Below are positions 1 through 14,819 of a DNA stretch of 64,000 nt, piece by piece. The translations under genes were made by a program, and so were the position numbers. Positions within the stretch are counted from its first letter, which is position 1, and each line of letters starts with the position of its first letter. Origin of the DNA: Bispira polyomma (Eukaryota); assembly GCA_965649765.1 (NCBI GenBank), contig OZ287749.1, positions 5,828,001 through 5,892,000 of the forward strand, read 5' to 3'. The notes under the pieces are model-generated. The model searched no databases. It saw only the letters and a list, made by a program, of their open reading frames with translations, and had not been told where the DNA came from.

Positions 1-47
1 AGTAAATGGTGAGAACTTCTCCATCCTCACTCAATTCAAACAGCAAG
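1..47 (-). CDS. Gene A internal exon, truncated by window edge
   Basis: Acceptor tgtttatag|; LLFELSEDGEVLTIY resembles the F-x-F-x(4-5)-G-x-V strand-turn-strand of LLTP N-sheets; phase 2 start. Confidence 0.55.
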
Positions 48-489
48 CTATAAACATTTAGAATATACACTGGCACCCTGTTAAGTCGAATCTAATGGAA
101 CAAAATTTGTCCTACCATTTTTTTTACTTGACTGAACAATAAAAACTGTCTGGATACATGGTCTCAGCCCCTATATATGTTTTTTGGAGGGAAATCTAGA
201 GGTTTTGAGGTCGCCCCATGTCAGATAGTTGGAAGTGAATGATTATGACGAGACAGTACAATTCACAGATTATTTTGATAAATCGAAATAAAGTACCTTG
301 CTTTATTGACTTTATCTTATCAAGATAATATGTTACCAAATAAAAAAAAAATTAAATGTGATGTTGCAGTAATATTCAATAACAGTGAGATAAAAATATT
401 CATCGTGGGAGTTTGCTACTAATATTTGCTACTACCACCAAGATCTGCACCCGCACCCACGGCGGTAGTTTGGAAACTGATTAATCAAG

Positions 490-1810
490 ATATACAACAC
501 GATATATCGAAAAATCCATCAGTGTCAGATATTGGACAAGATATCGTACATGTGGTTAAAAATACACCTCTCAGTGATTTTTTGATTCTGTCAGATATTG
601 TGTCTAATTTTAACTAACCATATCTTCATTAATATTTCATTAAGATTGAAATTGGTAAAGCTATCACAAAGTACTTAATAACAGCTTTCTAATGATACCA
701 AAACGAAAAATGTAGGTGAAGTATTTATAAAGATATAGTCATAATTTCATAATAAACTAAAAAAGTTGTAAGATAACTACATAAAATGTGACGTTTAACA
801 ATTGAATGACGTCAATCCCATCCGATATTGCATCAGTGAAACAATTTTCACGTGCACTGACACAGACACGGATTACTAGGAAAAGCACGGATCACGTATG
901 ATAGCGCTTACTGAAAGCTGTATTTTTAACAAGACAATATATAAGGATCTATATTTCACGCTCACGGACCCATGTACTGATCGTGCCATATCGCAGAGGT
1001 GTATTTCCAGGTTTAATATTTAAATGATTACGATGTTCAGTCTAAAACCAAGGATTTCAATATAAAATGTTTTATTGTATAACCTTATAAGATTTGCAAC
1101 TTGAAAATAAAAAATTTCAAAAACAAAAATATTTTTACCATTTATTGAAGTCCATTTCTGGTTTTTGTGCTTCTTGTGCTGAAATATAGAAGACAGACAA
1201 TATGGGTGTCATTGATGAAAATAACAATACATGGCACATAGTCAACATTGTATTATATTAACAAAGTCCATTGTGTAAGGAAATAGTAAAATATATATAT
1301 GGAGTTGGACCACTATTAATTTTGTTATATGTTATCTTATAGCCTGTTGCGCTACACTGAAGTCCGGCCAAATGCTTGCCCTACAAATCACACAGTTCAA
1401 TTTTGGAATTTCCCACCGACCATAACGTCCACATCCAGTTGACGTCTTTTTTTAAAAAAAAAAAGACTCGCCGTTAAAAAACTTACACATAAATTTTAAA
1501 CGTCACAAACTCACTGAGATATGATCTAATCAATAACCTCCACTCTAAAAACAGCAACTTTAACCCACAATATCATCATTACAATTTTACTAGAATTAAA
1601 ATTTGTGAGAAGTATCTTTATGCACATAATAAGGGCTTTCTGGTGATACAAAAACGGGAATTTTAGGTCAAGTATTCATATAGATACAGCCATTTAATCA
1701 ATTGAAATTTTCGGGGAAACGAAGCTGACACGATATCTAACAGGATCAAAACCATGTGTACGATATCTCGTACGATATCTAACACTGATGGATTTCACTG
1801 AGAGGTGTAT
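490..1810. mobile_element. Non-autonomous DNA element with long, partly rearranged inverted ends
   Basis: TACACCTCTCAGTGA and AATCCATCAGTG blocks at 510-605 are reverse-complementary to 1725-1810. Confidence 0.55.
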
Positions 1811-3112
1811 ATCCAACCTTAAGCGAGATTCGTTGCTGATAATTTGCCGACAGCATTGCGAACAGATCGTTGTGCTTACTGACAGTAAATCAAAGCATCA
1901 GCGAGGACAGAATACTCGGTCTACATGCATATATCAATTTCATTAATTTCGGGAAGATAGAGTGGGCGCCGTAATCGCCACAAGAACGTCATGATTACGT
2001 CACAGTGGACAATAAATAATATAATTGTCCAAGTTTGTTTCGTTGATTTAATGACACACACAAACGCTGAGTGGTAGCAGACGGAAAAACACCTTTGTAC
2101 CAATCGACGCCCACTCAGCTTCAAAGAGTAGATATCTCTTCGAAAGAATATCGATTGTCATTTTGTTAATGCAAACATATCCTAATACACTAATTGGTTT
2201 AACATGGTAATTTCTTGTGTTTAGATCATCGGTAAAGGTAAACATTTACAATCATCCATACACTATATTTTACCATTATCGTGCTTAAAATCGTACAAAA
2301 TATAAGAAAAAATTAACTCCCAAAACCCTCAAGTAGTATACATGTTTTCTGTTTGTTGAGAACCCTCTTGTTTATTGTGACGTCACAATTGTATGTTTCA
2401 AACGAAAGAAGTACGGGACCCCCTATGTATTTACTAATGACCAAGTCTTAAATCTAGAACAAAAGTTTGCTAAATTTATACCCAAGACTGTTAGTGAATA
2501 TTGTTTTTAAATATATGTTTTTAAACATAGTGAATTCAACATTGACACATTGTAAATTCAGCCAAATGCTCTCGTTTTAGTACACATATTTGCAAACAAT
2601 TTACGTACCATATGTGTGGATCTATGCAAATCTTTGAAGAAATTTATTGATTTTGGTTTCATCCACCACACAATGCTCTCGTATAAGTAGGACCTAACTG
2701 CTTATATAAATGTTTTATATAATCTTTGTTGGAACAAAAGGTATTTACAAACATTAACAGAGTTTGTGCAATATATATATTACAAATATTGTCATAGTTT
2801 TGGGAAAGTATTATAATTTGGGATTTAGTTTATATGAAGTGGATCTGAGTTTTATTTTGAGAAGGTTAAATATTAGATCAAAGAAATTACGTATTGAGCA
2901 CGAGTTATTTATTAAAAGAGCCTTCATTTTGAATTTATTCACCTTTTAATAAAGTTGATGTTGTTTCCATTCTGAAAAGGGTGTCGCCATCTTAGAAATA
3001 GTATGTAAGGTATACATGGATTGAGTATAAAGTGGCCATATCAAAGTCAGTGTATTTCACAAAGTGTGAAACTCTTGTTCTTTTTACGTTTGCAGAACAC
3101 GTGTGCTGGCAG

Positions 3113-3232
3113 CAGTTAAGGTACACTCACAGTTTAGGTGCACTAACAGTTAAAGTGCTCTAACAGTTAAGGTGCACTCACAGTTAAGGTGCACTAACAG
3201 TTAAGGTGCACTCACAGTTAAGGTGCACTTAA
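3113..3232. repeat. Short-period tandem repeat (ACAGTTAAGGTGCACT[C/A])
   Basis: About 6-7 visible units. Confidence 0.85.
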
Positions 3233-3598
3233 GGAACTCCCACTCTTTGACTGGTAAAACATCTTTTAATATGATTTTGAATATGTTATCAATAGAGAAT
3301 TCTACCGGTCCATTTTTAGTGTGTGATTTTGTTTCCAATTCTACTGAGATATATTCACCATTAAATTCAGTGTGGGCCTTACCTTTTACAGCACCACTAT
3401 TTGCTGAAACACACAATATGTGTTGTGTGTCTTTAAATTACAGTGTTTTACATTTCAAAGATGAACTTCTGGGGCTGTATTGGCAAAATGTCTTAGGCTT
3501 AACTAAGTCTTAAGTAAGTCTTAAGCTTTAGACTAAGTTAAGTCTAACACCTTTTGTGAATTTTCTTCTAAAGTCTGCTGTTCTAATGGGGGGTGTGT

Positions 3599-3629
<31 letters not shown>

Positions 3630-4261
3630 TATTAAATGTGAAGAAAGAAGATTCAATTTTTAACTTTATGTGAAATATACTTGTGGAGTAATAATCAGAC
3701 ATTGTAATAAATAACTAAATAAATGAAACAAGTGTTGAAGCTGGTATATCTGCTTATGTAAAAAATAAATAAATAATATCCTGTGACAGCAAATATATTA
3801 AAGTTAAACACAAAATATAGTTTGAATTTTTATCCTTAGAACAATTTATATAAAATTTATAAAATAAGATAGTGTTTGTGTACCTGTTTTTGTCTATTTA
3901 CAACGGCAGAAAAAAAAATGAGGAAGAATAATTTTATTCAAAGGTGCCATTTATCAACTAAGAAAATAACTTTTAAAAATAACCTATGACTCACTGTTCA
4001 CGACGAGATAAATAATTGTCTCTAGAATGTGTACTTTCAACACACTATTGGGGAAAACGTGACATCAGCCACGAAAAACATAGATGGGTGGAGGAGTGTT
4101 TGTGTAAATAAACCCCAAACGGGCCCACAAGAAGAAATTACTCTACATAAAAACGTAAGAAGAAAAAAATGGAAAGAAAAACATCACCATACATATATGA
4201 TCTGTTAAAGAAATCGGTGTGCCGTGTCCTGTTGTTTCGTGGGCAGTCTGTAAAGCACTTA

Positions 4262-4695
4262 AGTGGGTGTTTCCATCTATGTGGCTTGTAGATGCGGGTT
4301 ATAAAATCAATCCATAAAATAGAAGAGGTGTTTAAATGTGTGCAGTTGCGGATGTGTCAAAATTTGGTATAAGAACGAGTGTTTCCACATCTACATTAAT
4401 TTGCAAGCCAGAAAGTTCACTTTTTCTTCACTGTATATCAGGTTTTTTTGATACCGAAGGTTTCGTTTTATTCTTCTTTAAATATGGTATATTAATCCGA
4501 AAATGATAGCTTTCTTATTTTCGGTCATATATTTTAGAAATTCTATCACCATTTTAACCAAAAGAACCAAAAGTCAAAAAATATTTGATACAAAATAACC
4601 TGATTAACATAGAAAGTGAAATTGAGTGTTTTGTGTACTTCCAAGCCGCATCTGCAAGCCACAACCACAAAACTGCATATATGGAAACACCCACT
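4262..4695. mobile_element. MITE with 15-bp TIRs
   Basis: AGTGGGTGTTTCCAT ... ATGGAAACACCCACT; a similar left end occurs near 44860. Confidence 0.65.
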
Positions 4696-5651
4696 AATTA
4701 TGGTGAATTAAAGTCCCCATTGAATATGACTTCATATGATATATCTTGTTTTGAACAAAATAACAGTAATCATGGCAGCTGAATTTACTTGAAAACTTTC
4801 TGCATCGGTGTTTGAAGAAGGTGTCAATACATTATATTCACCACATCATCAGATATATTGGTACATGTATTTTTGTATAATCGGTTCTTGCCTTCTGCCA
4901 GAAAATGGACCATTTATAAAAAAAAAAAAAAAAAGAAAAGTTGCCGCTTTAAAAATTCTGCATAATTACAATGTATTACACTGTCTCAGATTTGAAATTC
5001 TAAAATCATGCAGAAGCCTTCATTTTTCTGGTGATGTACACTATTTTGGTATCAATATATCTTTTGAGTGTGAAGTATGTCACGTTTATAGAGCATGATA
5101 TCTTGATGGACAGTTAACTGGCTGGAGGTGGGGGGGAGATGAGGGGTGCTCCAAGACATGGTACTCGGTCACGATTCCTCTCATGTAAACTGTACTAACC
5201 TTCAGCAAGTCTACTTTCAATTTACCTACACATGGGTGTCAGGGTGATTCAAACCCACAACATCAGGTATAGAAAGACAGAGTGCTGCCACTTCACCACC
5301 GAGCCTCCAAACAATATACCATATAGATTACCTCTTAGTCTGGTTAGCAATTACGGTAAAATTATGCTATATTCATTGTGAATTTTGGCCCAAATGTTTA
5401 TATAATCTAATCTAACTTTTTAAGTGCCTAGCTCCATGTAAGTGTATTTTAAGGCATATGCAACAGGATAAATTACTTTCATAATTTTATTATAGCCAAT
5501 CGAACGTGAAGGGGGTCATGACCATAGAGATGCTGGGAAATGGTAAGGGAAGCTAAGGTGGAAAAACTTTGCTAAAAAGGTACGTTTAAGGTTTGAGCTT
5601 CGTTCTAAAGCAGGTAATGTGAGGACGCGGCGCGAATATCAACTGCCTTTT

Positions 5652-5865
5652 TTGACTTATGAACAACATGTATAGCTACATGTTAGTAATACATCTGTCG
5701 TACTTTGACTTATGAACAACATGTATAGCTACATGTTAGTAATACATCTGTTGTACTTTGACTTATGAACAACATGTATAGCTACATGTTAGTAATACAT
5801 CTGTCGTACTTTGACTTATGAACAACATGTATAGCTACATGTTAGTAATACATCTGTCGTACTTT
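5652..5865. repeat. 53-bp tandem repeat x4
   Basis: Register positions 5654, 5707, 5760, 5813; internal hairpin AACATGTA-TAGC-TACATGTT. Confidence 0.95.
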
Positions 5866-7579
5866 AGCCTAGTGGGTCGCACACTCACTAAGAAATGCAG
5901 AAAACCTGGGTTCAATCTCAGCATGGCCGTGACCAGGTAGATAAGTAGATAGGTATAGATAAGGTAGATTGGTGCAACCACTTAAAATGCTGGGGTAGCA
6001 TTCACAAAACACCTTAGTCTTAATTTAGTCTGAAAATTTAGTCTGAAAAAAGAGTTTGGTCTTTGCTTTTGGATGTGATGTTAAGAATTTGGTCTTAGAA
6101 CCAGTGACAATAAGGGTGATCGGGTACAGGTAGATAAAGTAGATAAGGGTGTAGATAAGGTAGATTGGTGAACCCACTTAAAATGCTGGTCCTCGGCCAA
6201 TGGGTCCCATCATTGACAGCGCTGACAAAACCGTGCAGACATTGTGTTAAATGCTGCCATTCTCCTAGGTTTCTCGTCAGCTAGAGTGGCAGTGACAGGG
6301 TGCTGGTTGGCTGTACTTGTTGCAGGATAAACAAGTGAATTTAGTGCTTCGAATATGAGACAAAGATAAAGTATAAATCTAAATAACCAAAAATGAATGT
6401 GCATGACTTTGGTGTCTAAATATGAACACAAAATAATAGGGTGGACCTGTCATTGTCAGAATCTGGGTTATTTAATGGCCTATGGTCCAAATGCATGACA
6501 TTTTCTTTTGGTGTTGATGGGTTTTAAAACTCTTTTTTTACAAAAACAATGATTACTAAGCAAGACTTTAATTGTTGTCGAGGGTTTTCAAAACTTGTAA
6601 ACACCCATTTTACATCTATGTATAGAGGATATGCCCAAATTGGGGTGATATATTGTAAGACAGAAAGATAGAGTATTTTTGTTTTACTTGATGACCTTGG
6701 GTAGGTGGAAATGAATTTACCAGTGTGTAAATAAAGGAGTCTAATATACAGATACTTGACAGATATAGAGAAAGTCTATGTAGAATGATTAGGCATTATA
6801 GTCAAATTACACATATACCCCAATCAAGAAAATCTGTCAGTTGTCCTGATGAATGCTGTCTGTTGTTTTACTTTAAGTGAGCGATAATACAAAGTAAATA
6901 TACTTAAAGTACCCAGAACCTTGTGTATTCATGACACTTAAATGGGGGCGGTCTTGCTGGTGTAGTAGTAACACACTGGTCCTCCCATCTTTACAATTTT
7001 CGAATCTCAGCCATAAGATGCATGTGGGGAAGTAGACACTATAGACTTCCTGAAGACTGATGGTTTGATTTGCAGAGCAGTGGAAAGCTTGACCCCCAAC
7101 TACCGTTCTCTAGTGAACTAATGATTTGACACAAGACCTTAAACGCGAAAAGCTCAACTAATCAAAGAAATAATTGGTGGTTGACGGTGGACATATACAT
7201 ATCGTATTGTTGTTGTTTTGTTTATGACTTTATCAACTTGTGGGAGGCGAACCCACACAGTGACAGCCTGTGATTAGATGCCAAACTTGCTAACCACTGG
7301 GTCAATGAGGACCTTTCATAGCATAACAAGTTATAACATGTTTGTAATGCACATTAAATATATTTAACTCAAGTTTTTTTGTAAGTTTGATAAAAATCAT
7401 GGTATAAGTGGAAATGTTTTACCTGGAATTAAATTTCAGCTTTTTTATAAGCTAATGACCCAAGAATAGTGAGAATTAATGCTCTGGTTCTAAGATTTAA
7501 ACTGATATAACACTTGAATATATATATAAAATGACAAAAGAGCCAAAAGTGAAAAATGTATTCCAGTGCACTTTCTTAA

Positions 7580-8749
7580 CCCTTTCGACCCCAAGAGAAA
7601 ACTTGTGCCGGGAATTGAGTAAAAAAAATTAATTAATAGGTTAAAGACAGCTAAAGTCACTAAAACACACACCACAGACTACTGGATAATAGATTACAGA
7701 CAGCTAGAGTCACTAAAACACACACCACAGACTACTGGATAATAGATTACAGACAGCTAGAGTCACTAAAACACACACCACAGACTACTGGATAATAGAT
7801 TACAGACAGCTAGAGTCACTAAAACACACACCACAGACTACTGGATAATAGATTACAGACAGCTAGAGTCACTAAAACACACACCACAGACTACTGGATA
7901 ATAGATTACAGACAGCTAGAGTCACTAAAACACACACCACAGACTACTGGATAATAGATTACAGACAGCTAGAGTCACTAAAACACACACCACAGACTAC
8001 TGGATAATAGGTTACAGACAGCTAGAGTCACTAAAACACACACCACAGACTACTGGATAATAGATTACAGACAGCTAGAGTCACTAAAACACACACCACA
8101 GACTACTGGGTAATAGATTACAGACAGCTAGAGTCACTAAACACACACACCACAGACTACTGGATAATAGATTACAGACAGCTAGAGTCACTAAAACACA
8201 CACCACAGACTACTGGGTAATAGATTACAGACAGCTAGAGTCACTAAACACACACACCACAGACTACTGGATAATAGATTACAGACAGCTAGAGTCACTA
8301 AAACACACACCACAGACTACTGGGTAATAGATTACAGACAGCTAGAGTCACTAAAACACACACCACAGACTACTGGGTAATAGGTTACAGACAGCTAGAG
8401 TCACTAAAACACACACCACAGACTACTGGATAATAGATTACAGACAGCTAGAGTCACTAAAACACACACCACAGACTACTGGATAAAAGATTACAGACAG
8501 CTAGAGTCACTAAAACACACACCACAGACTACTGGGTAATAGATTACAGACAGCTAGAGTCACTAAAACACACACCACAGACTATACTGCCGGCGATTAA
8601 TAACTGCTTCACGTATAATTGTTTAAATGAGGAATTTGTTTTCTTTCCTATTTCAAGAAACTGAAAGAAAATAAAATAGTTTTTTGGGTGTTAAACTGTT
8701 TGCTGACAGACATAGGTTTGGTACGTAACAAATGTTGGCAAGATAAGGG
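7580..8749. mobile_element. piggyBac-like MITE (TTAA-CCCT...AGGG-TTAA) carrying an expanded minisatellite
   Basis: Termini and TTAA TSD; homologous copies near 52297 and at 55067-55964. Confidence 0.8.
7646..8585. repeat. 53-bp minisatellite, about 17.5 units
   Basis: ACAGACAGCTAGAGTCACTAAAACACACACCACAGACTACTGGATAATAGATT, near-identical units. Confidence 0.97.
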
Positions 8750-10270
8750 TTAAAATTAATGAAATTTCTTCTGTTTAAAATTTCCAATTTTATACATTTT
8801 GTATTGTATTATGCATGTTTAACACAGTTTAATGACGCGAGGCATCTTCTAAAGTTCAACAACAGAAACAAATAACCAATCAAGCAGTCCAAAAAACATG
8901 GTCATAGGGAAGAATGAGAGGTGTACAGAGAAGAAAGTAAAGGGCATAAGCAAGTTTGAAAAGAAAGATAGGTTTCAGGTTGTTTCTTAAACCCAGAAAG
9001 TGTTTTTGAGTGATCTAAGCTCAAAAGGAAAAGCTCTAGACCCAGCTTCTTGGTGGGGTGTAGTAAACAAAACCTCACTTTCCTCTCCTGAGGTTACTGG
9101 GTTCAGTTTTCTGTTGTTTTGCACAATATAAAGTACAAATCTAAAATAGATATATATTAAGTTGACAAAAATAATGCCGGAGAAATAAATACATTTGTGA
9201 ATGCGCAAATATTATAATTAACACTGTGAATCTTGGCAAATTTTTAACATTTTCATTATTATAAGGAAATTACACCCACAAATGTAAGGTGTAATGGGCG
9301 CCTACCACTTTTACATTTGTCTTGGGATTTTCTCTGCTTTCCCAGCACGTACTTTGTTTGTTTAAAATAGCCGTTCATCGCCAAGTCATTCCTGTATTTT
9401 AGTTGCGGTCAGTTTTCCAAATATGGACATATCACGAATAAAGGAAAGTATAGCGTGCCTCTGCTGTGCCATGTTCATTGTTGACATTTACAAAAATCTT
9501 AAATTTCCATAATGGCTGAAATTTATGAGATTTCGAGATTTATGCTTACCCAGGGTTTCAGAAAAAAATCCCTGTGGGTTTAAAATATTATCAGGATGTT
9601 CCCTGGTTACTTTGGGGGATATCTATGCGACCCGCTAATCACCATAAATGCACTGGCATCATTTTATTAACTTCGAAAAGTGGAAGGCGACCGTAAAGCC
9701 TTTCATGACTGTTGTTTCCAAAAAAAGTAGGGCACATAAGGAAGTATAAAAACATGTTATTTCACAATGGAGAAAGGGGTATGTAAGGAATCTCAGGTAA
9801 TAAATTAGTCCAGATGATATATTCTGGTATTGTCAAATTGTGATAAATGTACATATATAGCATGTTTCAGCCTCTGTGTATAAATGTGGTTTATAACGCC
9901 TCTCTTGCTTCTAAAGCCTAGCCTTACCAGGTGCATATTTTTGCCAATTTGACATTATTAAGTATAAATTTGTGAATTTTAGTAGTTTTTGCTTGCTTTC
10001 AGTAGCTTAAGGTCATATGGCGATGACCAGATTCAATGGTGAAAGAAAGCCAGTGCTAAAGCAACTCTGCAAACCACTGGCCTACGGCAATTACCTAACA
10101 ACTTCCCCACATGAAGGAAGAAACAGGATTAAAGCTCAGACATTGGTGAGAGGCCAGACATTAATTCTAAAACATCTATATGTACAATCTACTATATATA
10201 GACGTAACTTTCAACTAGAGCAAACATTACAGTTTTAGGAATTTTAGTCGAACTTATCTTGACTACTTAC

Positions 10271-10313
10271 TCTTGCATAACTTCAGTTGTAGATAATTTT
10301 GTAAAATGCAAAT
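10271..10313 (-). CDS. Candidate gene A exon 3 (43 nt)
   Basis: cag|...|gtaagt, open, phase 1 to phase 2 as needed to join exon 2 to the exon at 1-47 (NLHFTKLSTTEVMQD); polypyrimidine tract is poor. Confidence 0.25.
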
Positions 10314-12859
10314 CTGCTTAATATTCTTTCTAAAGTGGTTATATTTAACAAAAACTCAATATGTATGTGATGATGATACCCAAATCCCTGGTATCACCAA
10401 GATACTGTTCAATGGTAGAAAAGTTAAATGGAGTGGTCTTGTTCTGTATGTTATGTTTTTTTTTTTAACTTTTAACATTTTACTTGCTTCTTTTTTATCC
10501 AGACATTGTTTTATAAATAATATTACAGTATTTCTAGTGAGACACTGTATTATGGAAAGCTTTACATTACAACTTACTACAACAAAGGTATGCTTATTTT
10601 AAGCAAGAGTCTATAGAACAGTGATGTTTGTGATGTGTATGGTGAAATAAGTAATCAAAACTCGTTATTTAGCTATTCATTGGTCCTGATATACTTATAC
10701 ATGTTATTTCATTACATATTAGTGCTATAGAGCAGGTCCCCCATCTATAGCCACTGTTTTTTAATTCGGGAAAACTGACCTCTTAGAAATTTGACCTTCT
10801 AGAAAATTGATCTCCGCCAAATATGTGGGCGTGGAAAATTGCCCTCCCTAAAGTTTTATTTAATGGGAAAATAGCAGTAGACTAAAGAAACAGATATAGA
10901 AATGCATTAGTTTAGCATGTCTAAAGCAATAGTAATTACGTTTAAATAGTACATCTTACATAATAATTCTTTTTTTTTTTTGTTGATGAAGTCTGGAAAT
11001 TTTAAGAACTAGACAAATAAAATGCAAATTAACATAAAATTTTTTTTAATTAGCATTATTTTTCCATTTTTTGGTTTAATAATTCAATGTGGCTTGATGC
11101 AAACTGACATTTTTGCGGTTTTAACATGGGTATACAACAGATATAGATGTCAATAAACAAATTGTGGATACAAACATAGAAATGGAATTATATATTGACC
11201 TTGCATCATTCTCGCAAATTTTCCCCATCAATCTAATATGCTAACCTTATTCTGTTCTGCACATAGTATTACTAATGTATCAGATACGTCTTGATTTTAC
11301 TTTTATCTTTTAACTGTGATAAGTAATGCTAAACTTCTTTTTCTTGAATACATGTATATACCATTTAACATGTAAAGTAGCAAAATTGATAATGTTAAAA
11401 ATATCATACTTTGTGCATAGTATACCTAATAGTATTTCTAAAGTGGTCAGGGCAATGTGAACTTGATATGTAATGTTGTTATTAAATATAAATATTTCAA
11501 AATAAAATTTAACCACAAACAGAATCTTAGAAAGGTTACACTGAATTTTGATTTCACCAGAAGATCTCTTACAGTGACAGGGCACTGTCAATTTGAAGAA
11601 AAGGGGGTTCCCCCATTTTCTTAAATTATTTAAAGTTTGTTTTGGCCAGTAATACCAGTGGAGTGTTTTGTAAGAAGTGAAATGGAAAACTTACCTTATC
11701 AGAACCGACCTAAAAGTCATATCATGTTTATCACTAGGCTTTGTCAGGGTACCATGGGAGTTTTTTAAAATAAAATAAGAAGCCCCAAAAAGCCTATTGT
11801 CCCAACATGTGTTGGTGGAGTTCAAATTAAGGATGATAAAAGAGGCATGCAATATTTAAAAGGCATGTTTATTATAAAACATGCATTTTGGGTTTTTATC
11901 CCTAAGTTTTATCTCTTCAGTTGGGGAGAAATGATACTGGTTGGCTTTTAGCAGTCAAAACAAGGTTTAATTACAGGCTTTAAATATATTGGTTATAGAT
12001 TTTAATACAATTAAAATTTACTGTGTTAATATAAAACAAAATCATTATAAGCCTTGACAAGACTAGGTGAACTTTAAGGGTTATCACTGCTTTATACACT
12101 TCCTTTCACAGGAAGAAAATTCACTTATCTTTTTTGCCTTTCCTTATGTAAACTTTTTCACAAGATAAATATTTACACCACTCTGGTTTCACATTGTTTT
12201 ATCCTAATAAAATACCATTTCTTGATATGGAAAAAAAAACCAAAAAACAAAAAAAACCCTCTTTGCTTCATATAAGTTTTGCTGCCAGCATGTGTTTTTA
12301 AAATGCTGAGAAGTTTGTTGCTATAATGTAATGTAAAAACAATTTCCCTGGCTTCTTCAGATTTACGTATCAAATATTAACTTAAGTGATACATAGATTT
12401 GCTTATTTGGCATTAACCTGTGTTTTCATTCAGAAGACAGTCAATAAATGGCTTCATGGTGATAGGTTGTCAGAGTTTTTATCAGACAAAGCATAATATT
12501 GTTTTCACTCTGAAAAGGGTGGGGCTATTTTGGAAAGCGCCACCATGTTGGAAATAATATAAAGGAAAACTTGAAGTTCATGGATTGAATTGAAACAAAT
12601 GAAGGAGTGTCAGATTAATATTTACCTCACTGTGTCTCCTGTGTCTTTTTTAAAAGACAACTCTTGTTTCAATTGAAGAGATTTCAAGGGTGATTTTGTT
12701 GATAAAATGAGAAAAACTCTCATGTACCGATACCTATGTCAGTACTCCAAGAGTTTTTAGAGAATACACATGGCAGAAATGAAACTGGCTGATTTACTGT
12801 AAAGTGCCGGTTAATGACACAGTTTAATGTTACCCACATTTTGTGTTACCTTCTGACAC

Positions 12860-13914
12860 TAAGGCTACGCTTCCTTTTAGCATGTTTTTACGTCGGCCGA
12901 TTTTTAGTACAACCAAGTGGTTCCTTTCAGCAGATTTGCATCAGATCCCATCAGACGTCGGCCGACGTCTGTTTGGCCAACAGATTTTATCAATAACGGA
13001 GCGAAAAAATCGGAAGGACTGTCCGATTTTGAAACAAAATTGGCTGCAAAGTGCTATCGTAGGTAGAGTTTTCATCCCATACATACTCAATATTCGTCAG
13101 ATGTTGACATTTAAAATGGCACGATAAAGGTTATTTTATTATGATTACTGTTACCAAAATCCGTTAAGAAACGGCTCAGACATTTAAGTTTATAGATGGG
13201 TACCCACTTAACTTCCTCCTTATATAATATGTCATATAACGTCATACTGACGTCAGTTTTGTAGCTACGTCACAACTTAAACACCAGGAAGTAAACATGG
13301 GTACCCTTACTAAACTGTATATATCTCAGCCATTTCTTAACGAATTCTGGTAGACAAAAAGCACTGTAATCACAATAAAATAAGATTTCTCAAGCCATTT
13401 TCAACATCTACATTCGATGGATTTTTAGTATATATCTGATGAAAGGAAGCACAACATCGGCCGACGTCGGATCGAATCGGACACACACAAATCGGCCTAC
13501 GTCGACAGATCTGTTTAAAGCATTCGTAGCACAGCTACTAATCCTTCTTATCAAGATGCTTATAAAGCATTTTAAAAAGTTCCCACGCATAGGGTGACTT
13601 TATGTCACTGATTTATTTGTAAATAAGACCTCAGTGTCAAGAAAAAAATGCATTTCTTACAGAATTATTTTGTGTTTTATTAAAAGGTTTTTGGTAGTGG
13701 AAAGGAACAACTTTGCTATCATGAGTCACCAACCTGTCTGTCACCGGCTGCCAAATGGTAATACATAAAAATAATAGATAAAACGCAAGACGGGGGAATT
13801 TTGTTTACATTACAGAATCAGAAAGGATGGGGTGGGAGGGGGTGGGGGCTGGGTCTTTACGGGGTAAACGGACATAAGAAAGAACATGTATATATTATAA
13901 TCTGTGAGACATTG

Positions 13915-13953
<39 letters not shown>

Positions 13954-14270
13954 ATATCTGTCTCATAATAATTTAATCATTTTGTCTTTTGTACTGATAA
14001 TGTCTTATTTTATCGGTCATTAGTTAATATTACCAACTGTTTCTTTTCAACATATTCCCCTCAGATTAGATTAGACGTCGGCCGACATCTGTTACACCAT
14101 CATAATTTATCGGTCAAGGAGCGAAAAAAATTGGGAGGTCTGTCTGATTCATTAACAAAAATTAAGAAAAAAACAAAAGGATAAAAGGAAGACCTACATT
14201 GGCCGATGTCAGCTCGGCTGGGATTTCAATAAATCGGCCGACGTCAGTGACTGCTGAAAGGAAGCCCAGA
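12860..14270. mobile_element. Foldback/MITE family rich in GTCGGCCGAC palindromes
   Basis: Imperfect long inverted repeat centred near 13250; CCTTTCAGCAG and CTGCTGAAAGG inverted ends; related piece at 29690-29945. Confidence 0.6.
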
Positions 14271-14819
14271 CTAACAGAACACATCGACAACAGTGTCTAG
14301 TTTTCCTTATCAATGTTTAAGTAGTGGGATATAAGATATCTGTGATATAAGGCCACAATAGCTGACCTCCTGTAATGGTACATAGGAGGGATAAAATAAC
14401 AGTGTATAGAAGATTAGTACAGGGAGACACACAGACACTCAATGTACACAAACACAGATAAAGCATAATTCTCCATACAATTTAAAAGGTTGCCAGTCTG
14501 AAAGGGTGTACAAGACCTGTACGCCCAACCCCCCCCCCCCCCCCCCCACATACACACACACTCTCACCCCCTGGATCAACCTCTGTAAAAAGGATATTTG
14601 TGTGAAGTATTTGGCACAACTTTCAGTGTAGTTTTGATGTTTGATATTTAGATTTATGTGAATCCTTAGCAGGTTTAATCTGGCTTTGTCTGGTTATTCA
14701 AAGTACACAAACAATCAGCAACCTTCTTTCATCTAACAAAGGCTTGTCAATAAGAGTCAGTGTCAGCCCTCAGTTATAGCTGTCTGTTTCTATACACGTT
14801 TTAAAGCATCCCGTGGTGC

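Noticed and set aside
7646-8585. CRISPR-like regular array
   Set aside because: Units are contiguous with no unique spacers, no cas genes are present, and the context is eukaryotic; it is a minisatellite
11695-11709. Micro-exon for gene A (tag|...|gtaagt on minus strand)
   Set aside because: Reads into TGA in the required phase
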